This document shows positions 45,333 through 54,523 of a stretch of DNA of 64,000 nt, piece after piece. A program made the position numbers and the translations under genes. Under the pieces are notes generated by a model, which did no database searches, had not been told where the DNA came from, and was given only the letters and a program-made list of their open reading frames with translations. Numbering within the stretch: the stretch's first letter is position 1; each line of letters starts with the position of its first letter. Source of the stretch: Clostridiales bacterium (GTDB lineage Bacteria > Bacillota > Clostridia > Saccharofermentanales > Saccharofermentanaceae); the NCBI GenBank assembly GCA_017515465.1, contig JAFWFV010000054.1, forward strand, positions 1,479-65,478, in the 5' to 3' direction.

Positions 45333-45580
45333 CAGACTCCATGGCATTTATTTGCCGTCAAATGGAGTCTGTTCTTGCTTACAACAGGACTCCAGGGCAT
45401 TCATTAACTGCCAAATGGAGTCTGTCCTGTCTTATAACCGGACTCCAAACCAGCGAAAATGTGTTGTTCAGAGTCCCTAGAACACTGATACTGTACTCTA
45501 AACAGCAGTTTTAAGGTGGTATGGAGTCTGTTCCTCAGTTGAAGCAGACTCCATCGGTTGAATTTTCGTCATTTTGGAGT
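45332..45580. repeat. array of four hairpins built on GACTCCA/TGGAGTC (9 motif copies)
   Basis: Stems are at 45332-42/45362-72 (11 bp, perfect), 45388-94/45416-22, 45440-45/45471-76 and 45521-30/45545-54 (10 bp, perfect, opposite polarity). An extra TGGAGT lies at 45575. Confidence 0.85.
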
Positions 45581-45685
45581 ACAAATCACACCGTCAGGAG
45601 CAACTTTCTGTAATACAAGAGTAACCTAATCACATAATATCCAGTGATATAATTATTTAGATTATAAATAAATGTGAGGGATTAG

Positions 45686-47140
45686 ATGGTTTTCTCGAGT
45701 CTGTTTTTCGTATTTGTATTTTTGCCGATCAACCTGATCCTGTATTTCCTGACGAAATCAACCAAGGCAAAGAACTATATCATGCTCATATTCTCGCTGA
45801 TCTTCTATGCATGGGGCGAGCCTATCGCAGTATTCCTGATGATCGGCATGGCCCTGGTGGATTACCTGATCGCCAGAGGCATCTACGCAGTAGGTCCCAA
45901 GACAAAGATAGCAAAGACCGGTCTCATACTCTGCTGTATGGTGGACCTGGGCCTGCTGGGACTGTTCAAATATGCAACATTCTTCGTAAGCGAGTTCAAG
46001 AACATATTCGGCGTTCCCGAGAACATCGCCAACATCGTACTTCCCATCGGTATCTCATTCTACACATTCCAGCTCCTGTCCTACGTAGTTGACGTATACA
46101 GGGGCGAGGTCGAAGCACAGAAGAGCTTCCCCACGCTGCTCATGTATGTCAGCCTGTTCCATCAGTGTATCGCAGGTCCTATCGTCAGATACAGCACGGT
46201 AAACAAGGAGCTCACCGACCGTAAGGTAACCGTTGCCGACCTCTCATACGGCATCACCAGATTTACGGTAGGTCTGGCAAAGAAAGCAGTCCTCGCCAAC
46301 TCCTGCGGCGCCATCGCAGACTCGATGCTGGTTGCGGACAAGATCGCACCCGACGAGGCACTGGCCCTCATCGCCACCAGGCCCACCCTGGCACTGTGGA
46401 TCGGAGCCCTGGCCTATATGTTCCAGATCTATCTGGACTTCTCCGCTTATTCCGACATGGCGATCGGCATGGGCCGCATGATCGGATTCCACTATCTGGA
46501 GAACTTCAACTATCCCTACATCGCCAACTCCGTTACGGATTTCTGGAGAAGATGGCACATGTCACTGTCCTCCTTCTTCCGTGACTACGTATATATCCCT
46601 CTGGGCGGCAACAGATGCTCCACCGGCAGGCAGATCCTGAACCTCCTGGTAGTCTGGGCTCTGACAGGTTTCTGGCACGGCGCATCCTGGAATTACATGC
46701 TCTGGGGTCTTTACTACTTCGTATTCCTGGTAATAGAAAAGTTCGTGCTGAAGAGAGTGCTGGAAAAGATCCCGGTAATCTCCAACATCATCACGCTGAT
46801 TATCGTTTATTTCGGCTGGGTACTGTTCAAGTTCACTGACTTCAAGGTCCTCGCCGCAGCACTTAAGGGCATGTTCGGCAACACTGCTGCCGGATTCACC
46901 AACTTCGAGACGAGCACACAGGTCGGAAACAACGTATTGTTCCTCATCATCTGTGCCATCGCCTGCACACCCATCGTCCCCGCCATCTCAAAGCTGGTGG
47001 ACAAGAAGTTCAACAATTCGCCCAAGGCAAGGGCGGTATATGCCCTGGGAACCATCCTGGGACCTATCCTCTGCCTGCTCCTGGCTACCATCTTCCTCGT
47101 TGGAGATACATATAACCCGTTCATGTACTGGAAATTCTAA
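45686..47140 (+). CDS. MBOAT-family membrane O-acyltransferase (AlgI/DltB/PatA-like)
   Basis: 484 aa and multi-TM. It carries the conserved FWRRWHMSLSSFFRDYVYIPLGGNR histidine motif. Confidence 0.85.
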   Translation: MVFSSLFFVFVFLPINLILYFLTKSTKAKNYIMLIFSLIFYAWGEPIAVFLMIGMALVDYLIARGIYAVGPKTKIAKTGLILCCMVDLGLLGLFKYATFFVSEFKNIFGVPENIANIVLPIGISFYTFQLLSYVVDVYRGEVEAQKSFPTLLMYVSLFHQCIAGPIVRYSTVNKELTDRKVTVADLSYGITRFTVGLAKKAVLANSCGAIADSMLVADKIAPDEALALIATRPTLALWIGALAYMFQIYLDFSAYSDMAIGMGRMIGFHYLENFNYPYIANSVTDFWRRWHMSLSSFFRDYVYIPLGGNRCSTGRQILNLLVVWALTGFWHGASWNYMLWGLYYFVFLVIEKFVLKRVLEKIPVISNIITLIIVYFGWVLFKFTDFKVLAAALKGMFGNTAAGFTNFETSTQVGNNVLFLIICAIACTPIVPAISKLVDKKFNNSPKARAVYALGTILGPILCLLLATIFLVGDTYNPFMYWKF

Positions 47141-47164
47141 AAGGGATAAGATTAGGAGAATATC

Positions 47165-48559
47165 ATGTTCAATAAAGACAAGTTCGATTACAAGGTTCTG
47201 GGCATCAACATCTTCTCGGTGCTGTTCATCATAATGTCCATCGTTTCCTGGATACCGGCTTTCCACCCCAAGGAATCCGAATCCGAGAAGAGAGCTCTGA
47301 AGGAGTTCCCCACACTTACTGCCGAGACATTCTTCAGCGGTGAATACTTCAGCGGCATAAGCGACTGGTTCGCAGATACATATCCCCTGAGGGACATGTA
47401 CGTCGCCCTCAACACAGGCATCAACTCACTGCTCAAGCCCTCATCCGTACAGATCCACGGTGACGTACAGCAGGGAGATGAGATCCCTACCGCACCTATG
47501 CAGACTGATGAGACTCCTGCAACTGTTGAGACGTCAGCAGACGTATCACAGCCCACCGGAGAATCCACTGATACATCAGAGTCATCTGATGCCACTGACG
47601 CCACAACGGAATCAACACCCGAGGTAACAGATCCCGACATGACCAATGTCCCCGTGGAGCAGCTGGGCGCTCTCCTGATCGTTGGTGACACAGCTTACGA
47701 GTACTATAACTTCGTACAGTCAACAGCTGACAAGTACATCACAACCATGAACCGTGCAGGTCAGGTATGTGCAGGCAAGGCAAACGTCTATACCATGATC
47801 ATCCCTACCAGCATGGACATCACACTGCCCCAGTCAGTAAGAGATACGGTAACCAACGTATCCAACCAGCAGGATGCCATCAACTACATGTACGGTTCCA
47901 TCAACGGCGTAAACAAGGTTCCTCTCTACGATACACTGAAGCAGCACAGGAACGAGTACATCTACTTCAGGAACGACCACCACTGGACAGCGCTCGGCGC
48001 ATGGTATGCATACCTGCAGTACGCTGAGATGAGAGGCGGCCCGCATGCCAACATGCAGACCGACTTTACGGAGAGGACATTCTCAGGATTCAGAGGAACG
48101 TTCTATAACGATTCCGGAAAGAATCCCGCACTCAACAATCCCGATACGGTATATGCATACACACCTAATGCAACCAACCATATCGACTGCACCCAGAAAG
48201 ACGGCAAGCCGCTTTCCTGGAACATCATTACCGATGTTAACGACTGGCGTGCCGATTCCAAGTACAACGCTTTCATCGGCGGTGATAACCCCTGGTCTGT
48301 CATCGTCAACCCCAACAAGAGCGACGGATCGGCCGTACTGATCATCAAGGATTCCTTCGGCAACGCATTCACGCCCTTCCTGGTACCTGACTATCAGTAC
48401 GTATACGTATTAGACTACAGATACTACAAGCTGATCTCCGGAAATAAGCTCTCACAGGTAGTGACCAACTACAACATCAAGGACGTCATCTTCTGCAACA
48501 ACATCTCGTCCACCAGAAACTCAGGACTCGTAGACGCTCTGTCAGATTTCGTCCAGTAA
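47165..48559 (+). CDS. DHHW-family extracytoplasmic protein (AlgX/AlgJ/PatB-like partner of the MBOAT)
   Basis: 464 aa with an N-terminal TM and an acidic S/T-rich linker. The eponymous FRNDHHWT motif is present. Confidence 0.8.
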   Translation: MFNKDKFDYKVLGINIFSVLFIIMSIVSWIPAFHPKESESEKRALKEFPTLTAETFFSGEYFSGISDWFADTYPLRDMYVALNTGINSLLKPSSVQIHGDVQQGDEIPTAPMQTDETPATVETSADVSQPTGESTDTSESSDATDATTESTPEVTDPDMTNVPVEQLGALLIVGDTAYEYYNFVQSTADKYITTMNRAGQVCAGKANVYTMIIPTSMDITLPQSVRDTVTNVSNQQDAINYMYGSINGVNKVPLYDTLKQHRNEYIYFRNDHHWTALGAWYAYLQYAEMRGGPHANMQTDFTERTFSGFRGTFYNDSGKNPALNNPDTVYAYTPNATNHIDCTQKDGKPLSWNIITDVNDWRADSKYNAFIGGDNPWSVIVNPNKSDGSAVLIIKDSFGNAFTPFLVPDYQYVYVLDYRYYKLISGNKLSQVVTNYNIKDVIFCNNISSTRNSGLVDALSDFVQ

Positions 48560-48582
48560 GAGAAAACATAGGCGCAAACAAA

Positions 48583-48619
48583 GATCCCGGCCACATGATG
48601 TGACCGGGATCTGTTTTTT
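48583..48619. terminator. bidirectional rho-independent terminator between convergent genes
   Basis: GATCCCGG-loop-CCGGGATC is followed by TGTTTTTT on the plus strand. The complementary strand is followed by TTTGTTTG. Confidence 0.7.
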
Positions 48620-48638
48620 GTAAACTAAACTAAGCTGA

Positions 48639-49127
48639 TCAGACGTCGTGATCGATGGTGGAATCGATCTCCTTGAGATTGGTCTGTACTCTGGCGATGT
48701 TCTCGCTCAATGTATTGTTTACGTCCTCGAGCAGGCTCTTTACATACAGGTGGGCGTTGCGGCGGAGCTCCTCTGCCTGTGCCTCTGCATTGGCGATGAT
48801 ATTGGCAGCCTCTTCCCTGGCGCCTCTGGTGATCTCATGATCATTGACCTTCATGGCATACATTCTGTTGGCATCGTCCAGGATCTTCTTGTTCTTCTCA
48901 CGGGCAGTGTTGATGATATCCTGAGCCCTGGCCACGATATCGTTGGCCTGTGCCACTGATGCGGGAAGCTGATTTCTCAGAGCCTCGAGTGAGTTGATGG
49001 TCTCTGATCTCTCGATGGAGCACTTGTCAGTAAAGGGAACTGATGATGCGTCCTTCACCTGATCGATGAGGAACTCGATGTGCTTGATGGGATCATACCT
49101 GCCCTGATTAACGTTGCCATTGTCCAT
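48639..49127 (-). CDS. hypothetical coiled-coil protein (ATP-synthase b/E-subunit-like heptads)
   Basis: 162 aa, no TM, Ala/Glu/Asn-rich helical sequence (AREEAANIIANAEAQAEELRRNA). It sits immediately downstream of coaD. Confidence 0.4.
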   Translation of the reverse strand: MDNGNVNQGRYDPIKHIEFLIDQVKDASSVPFTDKCSIERSETINSLEALRNQLPASVAQANDIVARAQDIINTAREKNKKILDDANRMYAMKVNDHEITRGAREEAANIIANAEAQAEELRRNAHLYVKSLLEDVNNTLSENIARVQTNLKEIDSTIDHDV

Positions 49128-49131
49128 TAGA

Positions 49132-49620
49132 TTAAATCCTGCCTTTCATTAGCTTAGCTTTTACTATGTCAACGATCTCTGCGGGAACCATCTTGGAGAT
49201 GTCGCCGCCGTAATGTCCGACTTCCTTGACGATGCTGGAACTGATGAGGGACATGTCATCCCTGCAGGGCAGGAGCAGACAGTCATATTCGGGATATAAC
49301 AGCCTGTTAGCCAGAGCAAGTTCCGCTTCGTATCTGAAATCAGACTCCGATCTGATGCCCCTCACAACTGCACAACAGCCAAGCTGCTTATACAGATCAA
49401 CGAGTAGACCGGATGAACTGATCACTTCTATATTATCATAATCTGCGAGAGATAATCTCACAAGTTCTTCTCTCTCCTCAGCCGTAAAGAGCGTCTGTTT
49501 TGCAGAGTTCTCCATTACTGCGACAACGAGCTTGTCGCATACTCTGGATGCCCTTCTGGCGATGTCTCTGTGACCCCTGGTAAACGGATCAAAGCTTCCG
49601 GGAAAAAGCAGGACCTTCAA
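49132..49620 (-). CDS. coaD: phosphopantetheine adenylyltransferase
   Basis: LFPGSFDPFTRGHRDI (the HxGH-type nucleotidyltransferase motif), 162 aa. Confidence 0.9.
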   Translation of the reverse strand: MKVLLFPGSFDPFTRGHRDIARRASRVCDKLVVAVMENSAKQTLFTAEEREELVRLSLADYDNIEVISSSGLLVDLYKQLGCCAVVRGIRSESDFRYEAELALANRLLYPEYDCLLLPCRDDMSLISSSIVKEVGHYGGDISKMVPAEIVDIVKAKLMKGRI

Positions 49621-49625
49621 TGATA

Positions 49626-50204
49626 TTACCCCTCTCTGTCATCTCTACTAAAGAATGTTATCACTGTAAGCGAATAACTACAAGAACGAACATCCTTTAG
49701 AGCCATCTCTGACGTGTCAAAGGGCAGGTCGGAGCTGTGCTCGCACATCAGTATCCCGTCCTCGGTGAGCATGTCATATTCCTTAATGATCTCACATGTT
49801 CTCCTGCATGCTGCCTCAGCCATCTTATAGGGCGGATCCATGTAGATGAGATCGAACTTCTCACCCGACTCGCCCAGCCTGATGAGTGCCTGATCGTAGT
49901 TCATCTTAAGGATCTTAAAAGGACCGTTCCTGTCCTCCCTGATCTTTTCCAGATTGCGCTTTATGACGGATATCTGTTCCCCGCCCTTGTCCACCATCAC
50001 GGCAGATCTCGCGCCCCTGCTCACCGCCTCTATGGCGATCTGGCCGCAGCCGGAGAACAGGTCCAGGACACGGGCATCATATACCCTGGTCTGGATTATG
50101 GAAAACAGAGATTCCTTGACCTTGTCCGTCGTGGGCCTGGTGGTATCCCCCTTGGGTGCAAAGAGCACCGCTCCCTTATATTTCCCCGTGACTACCCTGG
50201 GCAT
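49626..50204 (-). CDS. rsmD: 16S rRNA (guanine966-N2)-methyltransferase
   Basis: VLDLFSGCGQIAIEAVSRGA (SAM motif I) and IYMDPPY. Confidence 0.85.
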   Translation of the reverse strand: MPRVVTGKYKGAVLFAPKGDTTRPTTDKVKESLFSIIQTRVYDARVLDLFSGCGQIAIEAVSRGARSAVMVDKGGEQISVIKRNLEKIREDRNGPFKILKMNYDQALIRLGESGEKFDLIYMDPPYKMAEAACRRTCEIIKEYDMLTEDGILMCEHSSDLPFDTSEMALKDVRSCSYSLTVITFFSRDDREG

Positions 50205-52349
50205 TTAAAGACCTCCCATCCTTCCCCTGAACCTGAGTTCAAAGAGCATCTTGATGGATGAGGATATCCTCTCCTTTTCCTCCGTATCGGCACCTGTCAG
50301 CACCTTATTGGTGAATTCCAGAGCCTCCTTGACCAGATCCATGTCTGTATAGAGGTTAGCCGCTCTGAGGGACGGTATGCCGTGCTGTCTGGTACCGAAG
50401 AAATCACCGGGGCCTCTCAGGTTCAGATCGGCCTCCGCCAGTTCGAATCCGTCCGTGGATTCACACATCATCTTCATCCTCTGGAGAGCCACTTCGGATC
50501 TGCTCTCTGATACCAGTATGCAGTATGCGGCCTTGTCGGACCTTCCGACTCTGCCCCTGAGCTGGTGGAGAGTTGACAGGCCGAACCTGTCCGCATCCAT
50601 TATCACCATGAGATTGGCATTGGGATTATCCACGCCTACTTCTATTACGGTTGTGGATACCAGTATCCTGATCTCTCCGGAACTGAACTTCTCCATTACG
50701 GAGAGTTTCTTCTTTTCGTTCAGGGCGCCGTACATGATCTCGCAGCTGTAATCCTTTGTTATCCCCTTGTCGTCCAGGATCTTCTTCATCTCCTTTACGC
50801 TGATGACGCCGGCAGATTCCTCGGACATGCCGATCATGTTATCGTCGTAGATCTCGTCCTCGTCCTCATCGACCTTGGCGCAGACGATGTATACCTGTTC
50901 TCCCGCACGGAGCTTGGCCATTATGGAGGCGTAGATCTTATCGTCGTTTTTGGAGGGCAGGAAGTGTGTTGATACTGGCTTTCTGCCTGCAGGCTTCTGC
51001 CTGATTATGGATGTCTGCATATCGGAATATATGACCATTGCCAGTGTCCTGGGGATGGGCGTAGCGGTCATTACCAGATTGTGCACCATGTAATCGTCAG
51101 AGCTCATCAGGAGCTTCTCACGCTGCTTAACGCCGAACCTGTGCTGTTCGTCTGCAATGACCAGCGCCAGGTCCTTAAAGGATACGTCATCAGTTAGGAG
51201 CGCGTGAGTTCCTATCACGACTCCTGCAGAACCGTCCGATATCCTTTCCTTGATCTGTTTCTTTTCAGATGCTTTCGTCTTGCCCAGAAGGAGCGATACG
51301 TTTATGCCGCTGCCCTTGAGGAGGGACAGGGCAGTATCGTAATGCTGCTTCGCCAGGACTGATGTGGGAGCCAGAAGTGCCGCCTGCTTTCCCATCAGAG
51401 CTGTCATGGCCATTGAAAGTATGGCAACTGCAGTCTTGCCTGAGCCTACATCTCCCTGGACCAGCCTGTTCATGGGAACGTCGTGCATCAGGTCTGACTG
51501 GACCTCCGATATGGCTTTCTTCTGATCAGCCGTGAGTTCGAATCCCAGATTATCAAGTATGGCCTTCCACCTCTTTGATACGTCGGGAGAGATCCTGGCA
51601 GGAACCACTACGGGGGCCTTTTCGGTGATGGTCTTTTCCTTCTGCATCGCCATGCCCATGCCGAGTATTATGAGTTCCTCATAAGCTATCCTGATCCTGC
51701 CCCTTTCAGCCTCCTCGGGACTTGAGGGAAAATGAACGAGATAATATGTTTCGGAAGGCCCCGGCAGGTTATGTATCCTGGTAAGTTCAGAAGGGATCAC
51801 GTCGGGCAGGAGGCTGCCGCATTTATCCAGCGCAGTCCTGATCCATTTGGACAGATCCCTGGAAAAGATACCTGCCGTCTGGTGATAGACGGGCTTGATC
51901 ATTGACATTCCGGACACCTTGTCCTGATGCTCCATGTAGGGATTTACCATGGTGAGCTGGCCGTTATAGTACTGCACCTTGCCGTGGACGAATACCTCAT
52001 CGCCCTTTGCAAACTTCGTTGTTATATATGGTGAATTAAAGAAGGTGATCCTGATCCTGGCCATATCATCCTCCACCAGGAAAGAGACGTTTCTGGTCCT
52101 GCTCCTGGGATTGATGGCAGGAGCCGTGGCAACCGTTCCGGAAAATGAACATTCCTCCCCGTCCATGCACATGGTAAAGTGCTTTGTCATGCGCCAGTCC
52201 TCGTATCTCCTGGGCAGGTACGTTATGAGATCATAGACCGTCCTGATATCGAGTATCTCCAGCTTCTCGGCCTTTTTGGGACCGATGCCGTAGAGATCGG
52301 ATACGGGTGATGTGAGGGTAAGATCATTCACAGTATCTTCCTCCTGCAA
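50205..52349 (-). CDS. recG: ATP-dependent DNA helicase RecG
   Basis: 714 aa with an N-terminal wedge domain. Motifs are GDVGSGKT (Walker A), DEQHRFG, and TATPIPRT within VMTATPIPRTLA. Confidence 0.9.
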   Translation of the reverse strand: MQEEDTVNDLTLTSPVSDLYGIGPKKAEKLEILDIRTVYDLITYLPRRYEDWRMTKHFTMCMDGEECSFSGTVATAPAINPRSRTRNVSFLVEDDMARIRITFFNSPYITTKFAKGDEVFVHGKVQYYNGQLTMVNPYMEHQDKVSGMSMIKPVYHQTAGIFSRDLSKWIRTALDKCGSLLPDVIPSELTRIHNLPGPSETYYLVHFPSSPEEAERGRIRIAYEELIILGMGMAMQKEKTITEKAPVVVPARISPDVSKRWKAILDNLGFELTADQKKAISEVQSDLMHDVPMNRLVQGDVGSGKTAVAILSMAMTALMGKQAALLAPTSVLAKQHYDTALSLLKGSGINVSLLLGKTKASEKKQIKERISDGSAGVVIGTHALLTDDVSFKDLALVIADEQHRFGVKQREKLLMSSDDYMVHNLVMTATPIPRTLAMVIYSDMQTSIIRQKPAGRKPVSTHFLPSKNDDKIYASIMAKLRAGEQVYIVCAKVDEDEDEIYDDNMIGMSEESAGVISVKEMKKILDDKGITKDYSCEIMYGALNEKKKLSVMEKFSSGEIRILVSTTVIEVGVDNPNANLMVIMDADRFGLSTLHQLRGRVGRSDKAAYCILVSESRSEVALQRMKMMCESTDGFELAEADLNLRGPGDFFGTRQHGIPSLRAANLYTDMDLVKEALEFTNKVLTGADTEEKERISSSIKMLFELRFRGRMGGL

Positions 52350-52969
52350 ATGCCGGAGAGAGGGCAGGATGCGCAGTCCGGATTACGGGACGTGCAGTAT
52401 GACCTTCCCAGTTCAACAGCCAGATGTCCTATGGCTATCTTCTCGCTGTCAGGTATCACTTTGTTGAGATCCGTTAATACCTTGTCCGGATCGATATTAT
52501 CCGTCAGTCCTATCCTGAACATGACCCTCTTGCAGTGGGTATCCACAACTATAGCGGGGATGCCGTAGATCTCGCCAATGATGAGATTTGCGATCTTTCT
52601 GCCTATGCCTTTGCACTCCATGAGAAGATCAGGATCATCGGGAACCCTGCCGTTCCATACCGTCTGATATCTGTGTGCAAAATCCTTTACAGCAGCGGTC
52701 TTGGATGCTGTAAGTCCGCAGGGCTTTATCACCTCGCTGATGTCACCTGCAGGTGCGTTATCTATCTGTTCCATGTCCGGGTATCTGCCGAACAGTTCTG
52801 ATGCGGTGATGTTCACTCTCTTGTCTGTGCACTGGGCGGATAATATACCCCTTATTGCCAGCCGTTCAGGAAGGTCGGTATCCAGTGAACAGCAGGCATC
52901 GGGAAAGGCTTCATGGAGGAGTCTGATCACTTCCTCCGCACGTTTTTTCCTGGTCAGACGCTCAGCCAT
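52328..52969 (-). CDS. nth: endonuclease III (DNA-(apurinic/apyrimidinic site) lyase)
   Basis: 213 aa. It has an HhH-GPD fold (GIGRKIANLI) and the C-terminal 4Fe-4S cluster CTSRNPDCASCPLSGIC. Confidence 0.9.
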   Translation of the reverse strand: MAERLTRKKRAEEVIRLLHEAFPDACCSLDTDLPERLAIRGILSAQCTDKRVNITASELFGRYPDMEQIDNAPAGDISEVIKPCGLTASKTAAVKDFAHRYQTVWNGRVPDDPDLLMECKGIGRKIANLIIGEIYGIPAIVVDTHCKRVMFRIGLTDNIDPDKVLTDLNKVIPDSEKIAIGHLAVELGRSYCTSRNPDCASCPLSGICRRKIL

Positions 52970-54511
52970 TTAATCTTCCTTCGGAGGCATTCCGAAAGCA
53001 AAGTCGAAGCGGGCACCGCCCAGCTCTCCGCTCTCGTCGCATGTTATGGTCTGGCCGTGAGCTGCCAGGATCTGCTTGCAGATATAAAGGCCCAGGCCAA
53101 AGCCTTCCACCTTACGGGAGGCGTCGGCCTTGTAGAAGCTCTCGAATATCCTCTTGCGCTTGCTCTCCTCAATACCGGGACCTGAGTCCTCAATTGAGAT
53201 GTTGATCTTTCTCTCACGGGGCTTGGAATCCGTCGTAACCTTGATGATGCCTCCCACGGGAGTGAACTTTATGGCATTGGATATGATGTTCACCAGCACC
53301 CTGCACAGCTGCTCGGCATCGCCATAAGCGATGTTCTCGGGGCCGGGATCCAGGGATGTTACTATCCTGATGTTCTTGTCCTTGAGCTGGCTCTCCAGGT
53401 TATCGATGATGTCCTTGATCATGTCGGTAAGGTTAAATGCCTCCACCAGTTCGGGGTTGAGATGAGCCAGTGACGAAGCCTCGGTCATGGATACGACAAG
53501 CTTTCTGATCCTGTCTGTCTCCTGCTTGATGAGGTTCAGATATCTGTCCCTGCCCGAGGGCGGGATGGTGCCGTCCAGCATGGCGGTTACAAATCCGTTT
53601 ATGGATGTCAGAGGGGTCCTGATATCGTGTGCGATACTCGATATGAAGAGCTCTCTGTCCTTCTCCTGATTCTCCAGTGATTCGATCATGTTGTTGACCG
53701 TTGAACCCATCTGGGAGAACTCAGAAGAAAGCCTGAAACCTGCCTCGTCCTCATCAGTATATTTGGGATTGACCCTGGCCTTGAGGTCGCCTTCTGCCAC
53801 CCGGCTTATGACCTTGGAGATCTCCTTGACGGGTTCCAGGCTCATCCATACGAATACTACGTAAAGCGAGATGGCTACGAGTATTGCGATTATGGCGGGC
53901 AGAAGTATTACGCTGAAATATTCTGAATTGACCGTGGTGGGATCTGCTATTCGCATGACAACGCAGAAGTATTCCGTGCCGGGTATCTCGATGCATCTGA
54001 CAGACGAGATCACCTCGGAGCTGTAGTCATCGTAGCCGCTCATCTCGCCTGTCTTGGCCTGGCTCAGCAGGTCCAGTGCCCTGCCTTCGGCGAGATAATA
54101 CCTGCCGTTGTCTCTCCTGTTTGCCTTGATCTGGCCGGCGCCGTCTCCGATCAGCTGGTTGCGGCAGAGTATCATGCCGTCTTCGTCAACGAGATAGATG
54201 GATCCGTTGCGCCTGTATATGCCGGAATCAACGAATCTCATTATGGTCTTGGATGTCTCGAAACTGAAGGGATCCGGAGAATCATTATCAAGCGTGAACC
54301 TGAAGGGTTTGCCGTCTATCAGGGTTACGCAGTCTGATACGAAATCCATCGTCATGAGCTCCGCTTCATCCTTGTTGTTGATGATCAGGTTGTTGTGCAT
54401 GTTCTCATATGTCAAAAAGAGCATGACAGCAAATACGACCACCGTCGAAAATACAAGGAAAGTTATGATAAAAGTCGCGAAGTTAGTGGAAACCTTCTTG
54501 CCGGAGCTCAT
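52970..54511 (-). CDS. sensor histidine kinase (extracytoplasmic sensor, HAMP, HisKA, HATPase_c)
   Basis: 513 aa with two TM helices, the H-box SSIAHDIRTPLTS and the G-box region DSGPGI...GFGLGLYIC. Confidence 0.85.
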   Translation of the reverse strand: MSSGKKVSTNFATFIITFLVFSTVVVFAVMLFLTYENMHNNLIINNKDEAELMTMDFVSDCVTLIDGKPFRFTLDNDSPDPFSFETSKTIMRFVDSGIYRRNGSIYLVDEDGMILCRNQLIGDGAGQIKANRRDNGRYYLAEGRALDLLSQAKTGEMSGYDDYSSEVISSVRCIEIPGTEYFCVVMRIADPTTVNSEYFSVILLPAIIAILVAISLYVVFVWMSLEPVKEISKVISRVAEGDLKARVNPKYTDEDEAGFRLSSEFSQMGSTVNNMIESLENQEKDRELFISSIAHDIRTPLTSINGFVTAMLDGTIPPSGRDRYLNLIKQETDRIRKLVVSMTEASSLAHLNPELVEAFNLTDMIKDIIDNLESQLKDKNIRIVTSLDPGPENIAYGDAEQLCRVLVNIISNAIKFTPVGGIIKVTTDSKPRERKINISIEDSGPGIEESKRKRIFESFYKADASRKVEGFGLGLYICKQILAAHGQTITCDESGELGGARFDFAFGMPPKED

Positions 54512-54523
54512 AACTGATGCTCC

